Shown: positions 43,141-57,698 of the stretch, piece by piece
Position numbering within the stretch: the stretch's first letter is position 1
Layout: each line of letters begins with the position of its first letter
Source of the DNA: Eledone cirrhosa
Lineage: Eukaryota
Assembly (NCBI GenBank): GCA_964016885.1
Contig: OZ024749.1
Location: 31,062,001-31,126,000 of the forward strand
Reading direction: 5' to 3'
DNA: 64,000 bases
The notes under the pieces: generated by a model
What the model saw: the letters and a program-made list of their open reading frames with translations, nothing else
What the model was told of the DNA's origin: nothing
The model's database searches: none
Position numbers and translations under genes: made by a program

Positions 43141-43309
43141 ATGAGAAAACTGAAAAATAAAGATGACCGTCTATGGTTGATTGTACTTTCCCTATGGGGA
43201 TGTAACAAGAGAGTTCATGCAAGGACAGGTAATTTAGAATATATGTATATATATACAGTGAGAGAGAGAGAGGGAGAGAGAGAGAGGGGGAGAAAGAGAA
43301 ATAAATATC

Positions 43310-43340
<31 letters not shown>

Positions 43341-43644
43341 CAGAAAGTTGTGTATGGTTTAGAAAAATGTGAAGTTTGATGGCCACGACAATGGAAAAGA
43401 AGATATATAAATGTGTGTGTCTGTGTGTGTGTGTGTGTGTGTGTCTGTGTGTATACATACATATACCTATTGGTTGTTCCACCTAACTTTTGTTGTTGCA
43501 ATCTATCACACCTCCATTTTCCCTTCTCTCTGGAAGAAATCGGTAAACACGAACGCCTAAAAGAACCGAATATAAACATGTACGCACACATATATACATA
43601 CGCACACACACACATACATACACACATACACACATATATATAAA

Positions 43645-43698
<54 letters not shown>

Positions 43699-43701
43699 TG
43701 C

Positions 43702-43736
<35 letters not shown>

Positions 43737-43791
43737 CGTATGTGTGTGTGAGTGTATTTATTTATGCGTGGTGTATTTGTGTGTTTACATT

Positions 43792-44180
<389 letters not shown>

Positions 44181-44187
<7 letters not shown>

Positions 44188-44233
44188 CAAATAACGAAAC
44201 GAAATTAAACTTCGTTTCGCTTTAACTTAATTA
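44181..44233. mobile_element. Approx. 50-bp minimal derivative of family P4
   Basis: ATAAAAACAAATAACGAAACGAAATTAAACTTCGTTTCG joined to TTTAACTTAATT, both termini of P4, inside (TA)n. Confidence 0.7.
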
Positions 44234-44252
44234 TATATATATATATATATAA

Positions 44253-44284
<32 letters not shown>

Positions 44285-44415
44285 CACAATTATAGATAAG
44301 TGTTATACGCATATTTATATATAGAACATAACACATTCAGCATTTGTAGTTGGAATCAAATTGAAGTCTATTGTATTTCTATTTGTTATCGTAAGAATAG
44401 TAAAATGTATACATA

Positions 44416-44465
<50 letters not shown>

Positions 44466-44468
44466 TGA

Positions 44469-44524
<56 letters not shown>

Positions 44525-44899
44525 TAAACAATAAAAATAAAGATATAGGACTGAAATATGAGGTAAGCTGACTAATGGTAGTAAATCATGTTTCACTTAG
44601 TATGAATATCATTAAAAAATGGTGATGTTGATATGGTTATGTTGATGTTTCTGCCGATGCTGATTGAGGCGAATATACTTGCTAATGTAATATTTATTTT
44701 TGTGGTGGTACTAGTGTTTATGGCGATGGGGATTGAGATATATGTAGTGGTAACATTAATGGTTTTAGTTGTGATGATTATGACGGCGGTTGTGATTGAG
44801 ATGGATATACTGGTGAATGTCATGATTAGTGTGGTGAAACTGTTGGAAAATGTCCAAAATTTGAAATTTTGCTATTATTTCAATTAAGTGTTTCGATGT

Positions 44900-45400
44900 A
44901 AATAATGTTTTCTGATTTTAGGCACAGGGCCAATAATTCTGTTACAGAGGAAATCGATTAAATCGACCCCAGTACGTTACTGGTGTTTTATTTTATTGAC
45001 CTCGTATGGATGGAAGACAAAGACCACTTCGGCGGGATTAGAATGTCAAAGTACTGTAAAGCATTTTGTCCGACCAATTCTGCTAATCCACCATCCGATT
45101 TAAATAATTGTTTCTACTTTTGGCATAAGACCAGTAATTACCCCAGTGCATTACTGGTGTGTATAATTTATCGACCCCATAAGGATGGAGTCGATAAATT
45201 ATTAACCCCGGCGGGATTTGAAATCAGACCATGCAGTAATGTTGCTAATTCAGGCAAAAGGCCGACAATATTTTCGTGGAAGAGACGTGTTTGATACTGT
45301 ATGTTATCGAGCTCGATGGGAGAAAATAAAGATTTAACCTCGTCGGGATTTGAACTCAGAACGTAACGGCTGGAATAAATATTGCCCCCAATTTCTCCGA
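44900..45400 (-). mobile_element. Cluster of old family A-related SINE fragments
   Basis: Three partial copies with B-box remnants (GGCGGGATTAGAA, GGGATTTGAAATCAG, GGGATTTGAACTCAG). Confidence 0.7.
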
Positions 45401-45627
45401 TGCTCACACGTACGCCTCCATGTAGATATAAATAATAACAGAGTCTATATAAGTTTGGATGGGACCATCTATGTAAACTGTCATATCTGAGAAGTGTCGA
45501 TTAAGAGACCGGATCCAATCACATGATCAAACCCAATTTGATCGATACGGAAACAATCTGTAATATGTAATCAAGTTTACACAAAGCTGCAATTCTTGTT
45601 GTCACTTTATATAAATATATATATAAT

Positions 45628-45709
<82 letters not shown>

Positions 45710-45737
45710 GATATAAATATGTATATATATATATATA

Positions 45738-45773
<36 letters not shown>

Positions 45774-45795
45774 TATAAATATATATATATATAAT

Positions 45796-45828
<33 letters not shown>

Positions 45829-45868
45829 GATATGAATATATATATATATAATTATATAAATATATATT

Positions 45869-45901
<33 letters not shown>

Positions 45902-46312
45902 ATATAATTATATAAATATATATATATATATATGCATATTACATATAACAAGCACCACTTTGAAGGACTCAATAAATAAGTATGTATAGGCATTAATTTT
46001 CGTGAAGTGGGGATGTAAAACATTTCAATGATGGGGTGGATGATTACAGGTGAACACATGAATGTAATCAGAGATGTACAAAACACCTGAAAACCTGTTT
46101 CATCTAAACAGTTTACTTCAAAGGGAAACACTTAAAAAATGCCATCAAATTGATAACAATATAATCAATAGATACCCTTAATATATATATAATATAAATA
46201 AAATATATAAATATGTGTGTGTGTGTATAATATAGATAACATATAATATATATATATATATATACATATATATATACGTGTCATTGTACACATATATATA
46301 TGTATATGTGTC

Positions 46313-46352
<40 letters not shown>

Positions 46353-46364
46353 TATATATATATA

Positions 46365-46404
<40 letters not shown>

Positions 46405-46430
46405 TATATATATATATATAATTATATATA

Positions 46431-46485
<55 letters not shown>

Positions 46486-46520
46486 ATTATATATATATAT
46501 ATATATTATATATATATATA

Positions 46521-46596
<76 letters not shown>

Positions 46597-46662
46597 TATA
46601 TATATATATATATATAATTATATATATATATATATATAATTATATATAATTATATATATATA

Positions 46663-46700
<38 letters not shown>

Positions 46701-46745
46701 TATATAATTATATATATATATATATATATATAATATAATTATATA

Positions 46746-46813
<68 letters not shown>

Positions 46814-46837
46814 ATATATATTATATATATATATATA

Positions 46838-46912
<75 letters not shown>

Positions 46913-47104
46913 TATATATATATATAACTATATATATATATATATAATTATATATATATATATATATAATTATATATATATATATATATATATAATTATA
47001 TATATAATTATATATATATATATATATAATTATATATATATATATATATATATATTTACATATATATATACGTGTCATTGTACACATATATCTATGTATA
47101 TGTG

Positions 47105-47200
<96 letters not shown>

Positions 47201-48283
47201 GGTGGTCGTGCTTGTTTTTATGTTAGTAAATGATTATATAAATGTAGCATTATGGCAAAAGAGAATGATTACAATTGTATGCGTGGCGAAATGCTTATCC
47301 CCTTTCCCATAACTATATAATATATATCTAATAGTGTAATTTGGAATGCATATCTTAAGGATACGAAATTTTAGTAGTATATTTCTTTAAACTCAGGTTA
47401 CAATCCATCACATTAAATCGATTTATATAGTCAACCAAACATATACAGGCACACAAACATGCACATACAAACACACACGCACGAACACACACTCGTGAAC
47501 ACACACATAGTTTATCTCAAAATTTACTTTGATGCTATCCCTTTTTGTAACTCTCTTATTACTAAGATACATTCTGACTAGCATATCTCCCGAAATAGCA
47601 GAATAAGAAAAATAGTAAAATAAAACTTGCTTCCATTGTTTCCCCTATTTAATCTTATCTATCTTTCTATTTCGTCTACTTTGTGCATTCTATGTTCCGA
47701 TAAAAGATTAGCGTCCGAAACGTTCAGACACTAGTCTTATATACATGGAGTGTTAAACTAATATTTATTATCATTTTAATGTATCAACTGTATCACACAA
47801 CTTTTTTTTTTATCCTCTTGGAAATTTTTGCACACACACATACACATATATATATATATATATATTTAACATGCACAAACATACAAGAATACTGACATAC
47901 ATATATACAAACATATATAGAAACATACATATACACATAGATACAAAAATACATACATGCATTCACGCATGCATAATACATAGGTACATACATAGATACA
48001 GACATACATACATATATATACATACATAGATACGATACATACATACTTACATACATATATACATGCATACATACACCTATATTTATTTAAAAAATAATAT
48101 TAAATCTTACATATCTTTTTAATCTTGATTTCAGTCTATTTTTTTTTTTGTACGTTGTGATAAAATTCAACCTTTTGCCTTTGCTACGAGCTTATACTCT
48201 TTAATTGTTTTTCTATATAATTTCTATCTTGTATTTTTCGATTGACTTACTAAACCACCTTAAATAACATTATTTCACCTACA

Positions 48284-48472
48284 TTGGTGGATTGGCAGTA
48301 TCGGTAGTGAGTCGGACGCCATGCTTTCCAGCATAGTTACGTCCCTTTACGATTTGAGTTCAAATTCCACCAAGGTTCACTTTGCCTTTCATCCTTACGG
48401 GGTCGATAAAATAAAGTACCAGTAATGTACTGGGTAATTGCTGGCCTTGTGCCAAAAGTAAAAACAATTATT
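48284..48472 (+). mobile_element. SINE family A, full length, with 15-bp TSD
   Basis: ATTATTTCACCTACA at 48269-48283 and 48467-48481. Confidence 0.93.
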
Positions 48473-49204
48473 TCACCTACAGCATTGTCTGTCTTCTCCC
48501 AGTCGTATATTTTGTATATCTGGCTTACTGATATGTTGCTTCTCTGAAGTATTGTGGCTTAGTGGTTATGGCGTTACTTATAGGATCCTAAAGGGGTCAG
48601 TTACTGTTCTTTATCAAATGCTTGTGTGCGTTGATGTTCTCTCTTTTTCATTCACTGCCTCCGTCTGTTACAATGATAAACAAACGGGAGCCTAGACGCT
48701 GGTCGACCCGCGGCCTCGGCAGACAGAATAGAGAAGGGGTTTCCCCGGAGTATGGTGAAGGAGACATGTTAGAAGAACTATTCTAGCTGGCGAGGTGTAC
48801 GCCTGCGGGTAGCCAACTCCAAGCCGATGGTGATCAGTAGGGTGGTGGTTCTAGGATAAATGACACCAGAGGTTTCCACAGCTACAGGTTTGACCGCAAG
48901 ACTCTCGGAGAGTGATGCTCAAGTCTTATGCTGGAATACCATTGGTACGTTTAATCTTTGAGCAAGATATTTTATTTGACGTTGGCATAGTCGACATTTC
49001 TTAAAAAATGAGATTTACCTGCATGTAAATTATCCAGCCTTCCCACACATTGTCTCAGGCACTAAGGTAGTTTGATATCGGCATCAGTTGCCTGAAGTTT
49101 TGTCTACTGATTTTTTGGTATTCAAACTCAAAACAGAAAACTGTGTAACCATAATACCTGCGTTGAGAAATCTCGACACAGAGAGAGAGAGAAATATATA
49201 TATA

Positions 49205-49350
<146 letters not shown>

Positions 49351-49584
49351 GGAGATGTAAGTTTCGTTTAAAGAAAATTAGTCTAATGCTGCTTGACAAT
49401 TGCTTTAAAATAAGTTTATCTAATTACTGTCAAAAACGTTCTCTACAAATGGTCGAGCAGGAGATATTGAAGAATAATTGATTATTTCCATTAGTTAGTG
49501 TGTGATTGGCCACATAAAGCTAGGTATGTAGATAAACAGGTAGGTAGGTAGGTAGGTAGGTAGGTAGGTATGTAAGTATGTAGG

Positions 49585-49617
<33 letters not shown>

Positions 49618-49625
49618 TGATAGAT

Positions 49626-49775
49626 TTTTTATTTGCCACAAGGGCGCACAAGAAAAGGGGACAATACAGAGACACGTGCCGGGAATTGTACATAGAGTCG
49701 TGTAAAAAAAAAACAAAAAAAAAACAATTATAACAATCGAAATCCCCAATAGGGGGGAGACGCCACAAATGGGTT
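49626..49775 (-). mobile_element. 3' end of a LINE-like family
   Basis: TTTATTTGCCACAAGGG..AGGGGACAATACA shared with 63719 onward; AATAAA on the minus strand followed by a simple-repeat tail. Confidence 0.5.
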
Positions 49776-50846
49776 GTTTAATCTAAAGTCTATCTAAAGT
49801 ATTACTTAAAGAAGGGTAAATAGATAGATAGATAGGTTGGTAGCTGGGAAATTAGGAAGATGGATACATAGCTACGTCTGCACGCCAGTATTTTGATATA
49901 TTTATGTGGACCTGAAATTACAAGGCCCCGCGATACAAAAACTCGTCCCCAAGTATATTTTTAATGCTTTCACACATAAATATATTGTTGGGTACATCAG
50001 AATATTTTATATGAATTCAATATATTTCTACTGAAAGCAGCAAATGTTCCCACCTCTGATTGAGGAAAACATTAGAAAGAACACAATTTCCTCAACTTAG
50101 AGATTTGGCAATTTTTTTTGACAAAATAAATATGTGACGTAAGAGGATCGAGTAAAACCGTTAAAGTGTGGGCAATTATTTGCATAATATCTTAAATTCA
50201 ATCACTGCGTTCGTTTGTAGGTGTGGAAGAAGCATATTCAATGAGGGAGAATGAGAGAGAAAGATAGAAGGATATATATACATGTATACATATGTAGAGA
50301 GAAATAGAGATACAGTGAGGTAGATATATATTATATATAGAGAGGGACATGGAATGCCTGAGAGCCTAAGGAGGTTATGTGAGAGAAATATTGTGATATA
50401 AATAAACAGTTTTATAGAAGCCGGATCTAGAATAATGACGTGATGTATTAGCATCCGATAAAGGCCTTATTATAATTTATCTCGACAAATCTCAAGTGAA
50501 TAATGCCCTATGTTACGTTTGTAGATCAGTAACCCGGCAAGTTATAAATGGCTGCTATTATAAATGGATGGAAGAGAGTGCATTATATTATATTAGATTA
50601 TATTTTCACGGCCTCCATTCACATTCATTTATCGCCCCCGAAGTCAATTACTCTTATTTGCTTTGAGAGAAGAGATTTATAAAATCATTATGACGTTTCG
50701 TCTTTAGTTTAAATGATTAGTTTTCCAACATAGGCTTTCAGCCTTTTCCTTGCCCATTGCTTTTCCGCATAGGGGGACAGTGTCAGTAAATGAATTAATA
50801 GTTATATATTTAAGTCAATACACTTCTGCCAATATGATTATTTGGT

Positions 50847-50950
<104 letters not shown>

Positions 50951-50961
50951 GAGAGGGAGAG

Positions 50962-51098
50962 AGAGTGGATAATAGGAAAATGTTTGACCCCGACAGCAGA
51001 GATCAAGTTGTTTACAATTTTATCGATTTTTTTTTTTTTAGTCCCGAATTAGCCGTCGAAACGGCTTGAGCTCTGCCGTCGAGGTCAAACATTTTCCT
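50962..51098. mobile_element. Palindromic family P1, copy h (third variant, short tail)
   Basis: GAATTAGCCGTCGAAACGGCTTGAGCTCTGCCGTCGAGGTC with inverted counterpart upstream. Confidence 0.75.
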
Positions 51099-51498
51099 AT
51101 ATATATATATTTATATAATTGGAGGCTTAGTAAAATCGAATCTTTGGTGGTGTGCAAGCAAATTTGACCTACTATATGAATGAGTTAGCAAAGCACTCGA
51201 CAAGGTAGGTCCTTAGAGTAATAACATACGTTTAAATAGCATGACAAATTGAACATTGTGGTAGGCAAAATCTAACACACAATACCAAAGTAACGAAAGA
51301 ACTAACAGGTTGAGAAAAAATACACCTGGACAAATCAAATCTTATACGTTTAAAGTGTTTCTATGAATCCAAAATCAAATATCAAACTTAGGTAACTGGC
51401 AAGCTCGTGGTATTCATGATCGAACAGAGGATTTATTTCATCAACAGGATTTCGTTCTACCAAAGAACGGGGCGAAATACTAAATGTTGCAACTAGCG

Positions 51499-51625
<127 letters not shown>

Positions 51626-51687
51626 ACCTCCTTACTTTCGCAATATATTTATATATATATATATGTAACTTTCTTACTTTCATAATA

Positions 51688-51767
<80 letters not shown>

Positions 51768-52716
51768 CTTATATATATATTTATATATATATACATATAT
51801 ATAGAGAGAGAGAGACAGAGAGAGTAAGCAAGGGGGAAGTCATAGTTTAACCAACGTCTAGACATAGTACACGTGTTTCGCAGTTAGTAAGACACAACAC
51901 CATTTGTAATTACATGTATTATGTAATTATATGATACGGCTTAGGTACAATGAGATTCTCAGATATTTAAAAAGATCGTGAAACATACCCCTCTCATCTT
52001 AATTTTCATTTGGTATTTATGTAATCTGTATTGTACGTTAGTAACGTTGCTGAAAATCTTTCAAGTGGTCAACAGCTTCATCCATTTGATGAAGGTCGAT
52101 GAGCTGAAGCTCGGTAACCAGTTCCTTAATAATGGTCGGATGAAGATTCGAGATCCACCGACGCCAGTTTTTCTTTTTAGGGGGGGGGGGGGGCTTTAAT
52201 TGTCCTTAGTCTTCAACCCTCTGAAATAAAAATGGGAACAGACCGCAAAGAAGAAAAAAATATGTATGTATGTATGCATATATAAGGATAAACGTGTCGA
52301 TGAATGTTTGCATGTCTGTATATCACCCCCCCCCCCCACACACACACACACACACTCACCCGCGCGAGCACATGCACACACACACAGGAGGGAGCGCCCT
52401 GTTGAGAACCAGTTAAATATGAAATGCATCGACGATTGTCCCCTTTGCTTTTGCCAGACAGCACCAGAGGGCGATAGCCCCGATGATTTGCATAGCTACG
52501 GTTTTCTAAATGTTTATCCATAAACATACCTTATTTCTTTGGAAATACAAAATTTCTATACATATACATATATGTATAATTATAATAATACTATTTATAC
52601 TTATGTATATAGTATAAACAACTACAAACAGGAAGGTCAGAAATGTCCTACTACTCTACTACCAGGAAAGAGTATTTATTTATTTATTTATATTTATTTA
52701 TTTATACATATATATG

Positions 52717-52789
<73 letters not shown>

Positions 52790-54017
52790 GCATGTATACC
52801 CATGGACAAACTCACAACTATACATGAACTTACAATATAATGTATTACAAAACCAGGGCTGTATGTTATCAGATTATGGTATAAGTTTAAATAATATCCA
52901 ACATGCCTTATTTAATGTAATACATTTATTAGAAATAATTTTATTTGCAAGTCTAGCCTGGATTGATGCTAGTTATTTGGATGAGAACAGTCTGTTTTTG
53001 AAGAAAAGTTCTGGGAGTATTTTTCTGGTAATTATGTACTATGTGGTAATAATGTACAATCGGCAACTTTTGAGAAGTATTTACTGCAGAATATATCCAA
53101 TCGCTTCAGAGACTATACTGAATAAAACATGCTTAGTTTACAATAATTTTTTTGCAGCTTTTAGAAATATTTCTTTCGTATAAATAGGTAGCTGAACTAT
53201 ATTACAGTAAAATCATGATTCTTTGCATTATAGCAAAGTATTTTTAACGCTTTTAGGAAGTCAGAGAAGATATTACGAATTAAGCTTCTGAAAAACTCTG
53301 GGTTTGATTTATGTACATATATTTTTACCACAGCTCAAATGTTCATGTAATTCAACGCCATAACATTGCACACGTAAGCATATTATATAGACACATATGT
53401 ACAGATAGATAGATACACACGCACCTAGACAAATATGCACACATAAAAAGACAAACACACATATAGATCCAGACACACAGATAAATATCTCGACACATAC
53501 GCACAAATAGGCACTCAAATACACACATACAGAGCTACATACCAATCACAAATTCAAAGACGCTACAAAAACACACATACACAAGACATGCACAAACACA
53601 CACATGCACACACTCCCAGAGCGCAAACCCACGTACACATAACACAAATATACCCATCACATACACACACATAGAAATAAACATATCACCCCACACCCAT
53701 ATCCAGATGCATGTGAACATGTTTGAGAAAGAAAACTTTTGTAACTAATCAGCAGTGAAAAGGTGTTAATGCAGTGTAGTGCAGCGTGTGCAGATCATTG
53801 AAGTGAAATATATATTCAACTGGGAATAACAAACGTGATATAATTTCGCCATTAATTGGAACCATACCGCGGCTATAAATACTAACTCAGTTTGTACTAC
53901 AATGGCCTCTGCTCCTGCATCGATTCAGTGCTATTGTACACACCCACACTCAACTTCTCATCAGTCAGTGTAATAATTGGAATAGTTTTTATACACAAAC
54001 ATAGTCGGATGTAGGTA

Positions 54018-54088
54018 TCAATTCTCATTGATTTTGCATGTTTTATCTGACGCTTCTTTATCTGACGTAAAAGGCATGTAGTTTTCCT
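54018..54088 (-). other. Possible terminal exon (unverified)
   Basis: Minus strand: ctaat..tctctttcaccttaaccaacag acceptor, then ENYMPFTSDKEASDKTCKINEN-stop (another frame stays open to 53897); no homolog recognised. Confidence 0.2.
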
Positions 54089-55059
54089 CTGTTGGTTAAG
54101 GTGAAAGAGACTAAACATTAGCTGAGATTGAAAGAACCGGGAGGGCTACTTCCAGCAACTTTCTCAAAGTTCTATTTGGGGAGTGTAATGAGTCTCTAAA
54201 AAGGAAGATGTTGCGCATTAGTTATGTTTTGTTTACTGTTTACTCTTCCGGGGTCGATAGGAGTGACTACTGGCCATGTTGATTTAATTCAACCTTCCGT
54301 CTACTCGACTTTGCTAGCATGTATCACATGTATGTTCCTGTAACTCCTGGAGGAGTCGTAGGAGAACCTTATCGATTGCAGAACCCATCTTCTCTCCAGA
54401 GAAGGATAGAGAGTGAGAGAATGGTGATGAGAAAGATATATAGAAGAGGAATCTACTTCAGTATTTTACTGGTACATTTGTTGGATCCTTTGCTTAAATT
54501 AGTATCCGTTATTCCTTGTGTTGTTGGTCTAGTTGCTTTAATTCATTAATTAATCCCAGTTCATAAACAGATGTACATTATTATTGAGATTATCAGGAAT
54601 ATGTGGTGTAGCATTCTAAAAGGATAATTGAGATAATCTAATATATTTATGCATATATACTGTTGTTAGAGGAGGTGTTGTACACCATCAATATCATATG
54701 TATAAGAAATAAAGCAATTATTTTCATATAAATATGTTATCCATTCAGACTAAATGACACCAAACAGATCAAATTAGAACTTCACAGGTAATATTCTCCA
54801 TTATATAACACAGTAACTCACCAACAAACACATTAAATTATGTAATATACTCTGCCACCACAAACAGTGGATTATTTAAGAGACTATTTAGCCAGACATA
54901 GTAAAGTATTCAACTTACTATGTCATCACTAGACTCAACTGACTCTATAACAGTGTATCCTTAATACTCCACTCAGTAGTGCCTTTAACACAGTATCTCA
55001 CCATCACACTCAATAGATTATTTGGCACAGTTTCTATATCACGCTCATCTGACTTTGAG

Positions 55060-55352
55060 AGAGAGATATGCCGGCCGCCTACGCATATCTGCCGTTGTAC
55101 GTAAAGGGAGAGTAAAATTTGCTGGCCACTGCCATCGTGCCACCTATGAAGCTGTGTCCCCTCTAGTGCTTTGGAAACAACAAACCATAATTAATAACAG
55201 TGGGTGGAAGCTCTCCTATCCCGATGTCATCTCCTGAGATACTGGTATTGAAATTCAGGATTTCGCAGCGGCAATGAATGACAGACCCACGTGGAGATCA
55301 GTTGTAGTATCGATTTCGGCTGAGTCCGCTGGATGATAATGTTGGTGATGAT
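55060..55352 (+). mobile_element. RTE LINE 3' fragment
   Basis: YAGRLRISAVVRKGRVKFAGHCHRATYEAVSPLVLW..LSYPDVIS*DTGIEIQDFAAAMNDRPTWRSVV with a (TGA)-like tail; lies within a degenerate approx. 40-45-bp array (about 54800-55460). Confidence 0.82.
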
Positions 55353-55742
55353 ATCGCGTACACTTAACTTATTATTTAACAGAGTGTCTTAATACCACAC
55401 TCGATGGATTATTTGACAGTGTATCTACCAGCACGCTCAAAGTAAAATCTAATACAGTATCGTAGTAAATTAAAAGTAAAGGGAAGTAACCTCTAATGGA
55501 GTTGTAGGGACGACGTCTATGTACATAGTGTCGGGCATTTTAAACATGACTCAGCCGATCCCTCACCAATTCTGAACGCTATCGATTTCTTCGAAACAAG
55601 ACATTAATTCTCCAATACTGGACTGGTACATTATATATATCTATCTTGAATCTTAACTATAATAAAGGAGGGAGTACGGGACTGAGTCCAGAATATATTT
55701 TGTTTTATCCCGTTTGTAAAATTAGTTGGATTACTTTGAATA

Positions 55743-55935
55743 AATAATTGTTTCTACTTTTGGCACAAGGCCAGCAATTAATCAGTGTATTACTGGTACT
55801 TTATTTTAACAACCCCGTAAGGATGAAAGGCAAAGTTAACATCGGCAGGATTTGAACTCAGAATGGCAAGGGCCGTAACTCTATGCGTCAAAGCATGGCG
55901 TCCGACCCTCTACCGATACCGCCAATCTACCTCCC
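55743..55935 (-). mobile_element. SINE family A, full length, with TSD
   Basis: TTGGATTACTTTGAATAAATAAT at 55726 and 55936. Confidence 0.93.
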
Positions 55936-55952
55936 TTGGATTACTTTGAATA

Positions 55953-56144
55953 AATAATTGTTTCTACTTTAGGCACAAGGCCAGCAAATTACCCAGTGCA
56001 TTACTGGTACTTTATTTTATCGACCCCGTAAGGATGAAAGGCAAAGTCAACCTCGGCGGGATTTGAACTCAGATCGTAAAGGGACGTAACTATGCTGGAA
56101 AGCATGGCGTCCGACCCTCCACCGATACTGCCAATCCACCGCCC
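55953..56144 (-). mobile_element. SINE family A, full length, with TSD
   Basis: CTTTGAATAAATAAT at 55944 and 56144. Confidence 0.93.
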
Positions 56145-56807
56145 TTTGAATAAATAATGAATGAATATTATATAATTTATGTACTAAATTTCGTAACTGT
56201 TGATTAAATATAAATAATTTTATTGCTTATTTAAAGATTCAAATGTCAACAGTTCAGGTTAGCACCCGTTATGTTATAACACTTATAAAAACATCGCATA
56301 TATTTCCGCCGCTAATTTTCTCCTAATGAAGTTTATATATAATATTGTCTTTTTTAAAATGTATCATGGATTACTTTACTGATTACAGAAGAGCGTGTAA
56401 CACAGTCTCTCTTCAATTTCTGTGGATATGGGCAATTACGATTTTATTTGATGTATCATATCTACATGCATATATATATTTGCGTATAATATCGATATGC
56501 ACACTATAGATGCAAGCAGAAAATTACCCGAAGGGTGGTTTTTCTGCTAGTGGATGTAAAGGAAAGTTAACCTCGTTGAAATTTAAATTCAGAATGATAT
56601 GAGCCAAAACAATTACCGATACATTTTTACCCCAATGCTCCAACTATTCTGTCACTAAACTATTTAAACTACTATCTCATTACTGCATTCTGTAGATCAT
56701 ATAACTAATTATATAACATTCTCTCCAGTGACTTTCAGTACGACAATCAGAAAATGATTTCTCAGCAAATCTCAGAGTAAATTATTTAACCACCATACAC
56801 AGAAAAT

Positions 56808-56879
56808 TATTGGTTCGTTAAGTATGAAATTTGTATATCAAAAAAAGATTCTACAAATTTCATACTTAACGACCCAATA
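56808..56879. repeat. 28-bp hairpin (one mismatch)
   Basis: 56808-56835 pairs with 56852-56879. Confidence 0.8.
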
Positions 56880-56925
56880 TTTAACTAATTATTTAACATA
56901 CAACCTCACCAAAGTACTTGGTAAA

Positions 56926-57319
56926 TTTTAGAATTGAAATAGATATAGAAACGTCGCCCGTAACATTGTTTTAAAAACATAATATAGTTTAATAAGTGGG
57001 CCTACAAACCCACTAAACGGAAAATGTTGGGTATCTGAGAACCATCGTTTTCAATTCAGTAGGTTTACATGCTCCATTATTAGATTACATTGACGGTAGA
57101 TTGGCAGTATCGGTAGAGGGTCGGACGCCATGCTTTGACGCATAGTTCAAATCCCGCCGAGGTTAACTATGCCTTTCATCCTTACCGGGTCGATAAAATA
57201 AAGTACCAGTAATGCACTGGGTAATTGCTGGCCTTGTGCCAAAAAGTAGAAACAATTATTAGACTACGTTATGTAATCAATATTACGGTGACGCTTCTAT
57301 TTCTATTTCAATTCTAAAA
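56926..57319. mobile_element. MITE-like element with approx. 42-bp terminal inverted repeats, carrying a SINE
   Basis: TTTTAGAATTGAAATAGATATAGAAACGTCGCCCGTAACATTG mirrored at 57278-57319. Confidence 0.65.
57092..57260 (+). mobile_element. SINE family A with internal deletion and TSD
   Basis: ATTATTAGAYTACRTT at 57077 and 57255. Confidence 0.9.
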
Positions 57320-57698
57320 CTTCGCTTGCCGATGTCTGAATATACTTACACAGTAAATGATTGAACAAATGATTTAACTTACTATCGAGTGACACTTGAT
57401 AATTTAAGTTACTTACTTACCTCTAACTCATTTAATGAAAAACTTATATTTGATTTATTTTCTTCACCTTCAATAAATATTGAAATTACAACTGTCTATT
57501 TTTCTTTTTAAATTCTATTAGTTTATATTATGTGCTATATGCTCTTGGTTTATTTATTGTAAACAAACTAACATAAAGCCTCCTGTATTAACTGGGGAGG
57601 AGAATTTGAAAGACGTGTTAGTTACTGACCAACACCTTCAAATTCCCACTTGAAACGACAGTCTGGGAGGCATGACAACTAATGAAGAGAGGAACAAA

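Noticed and set aside
47690-47735. Hammerhead-like CCGATAA..CGAAACGTT
   Set aside because: Core box is mutated and helix I is not evident
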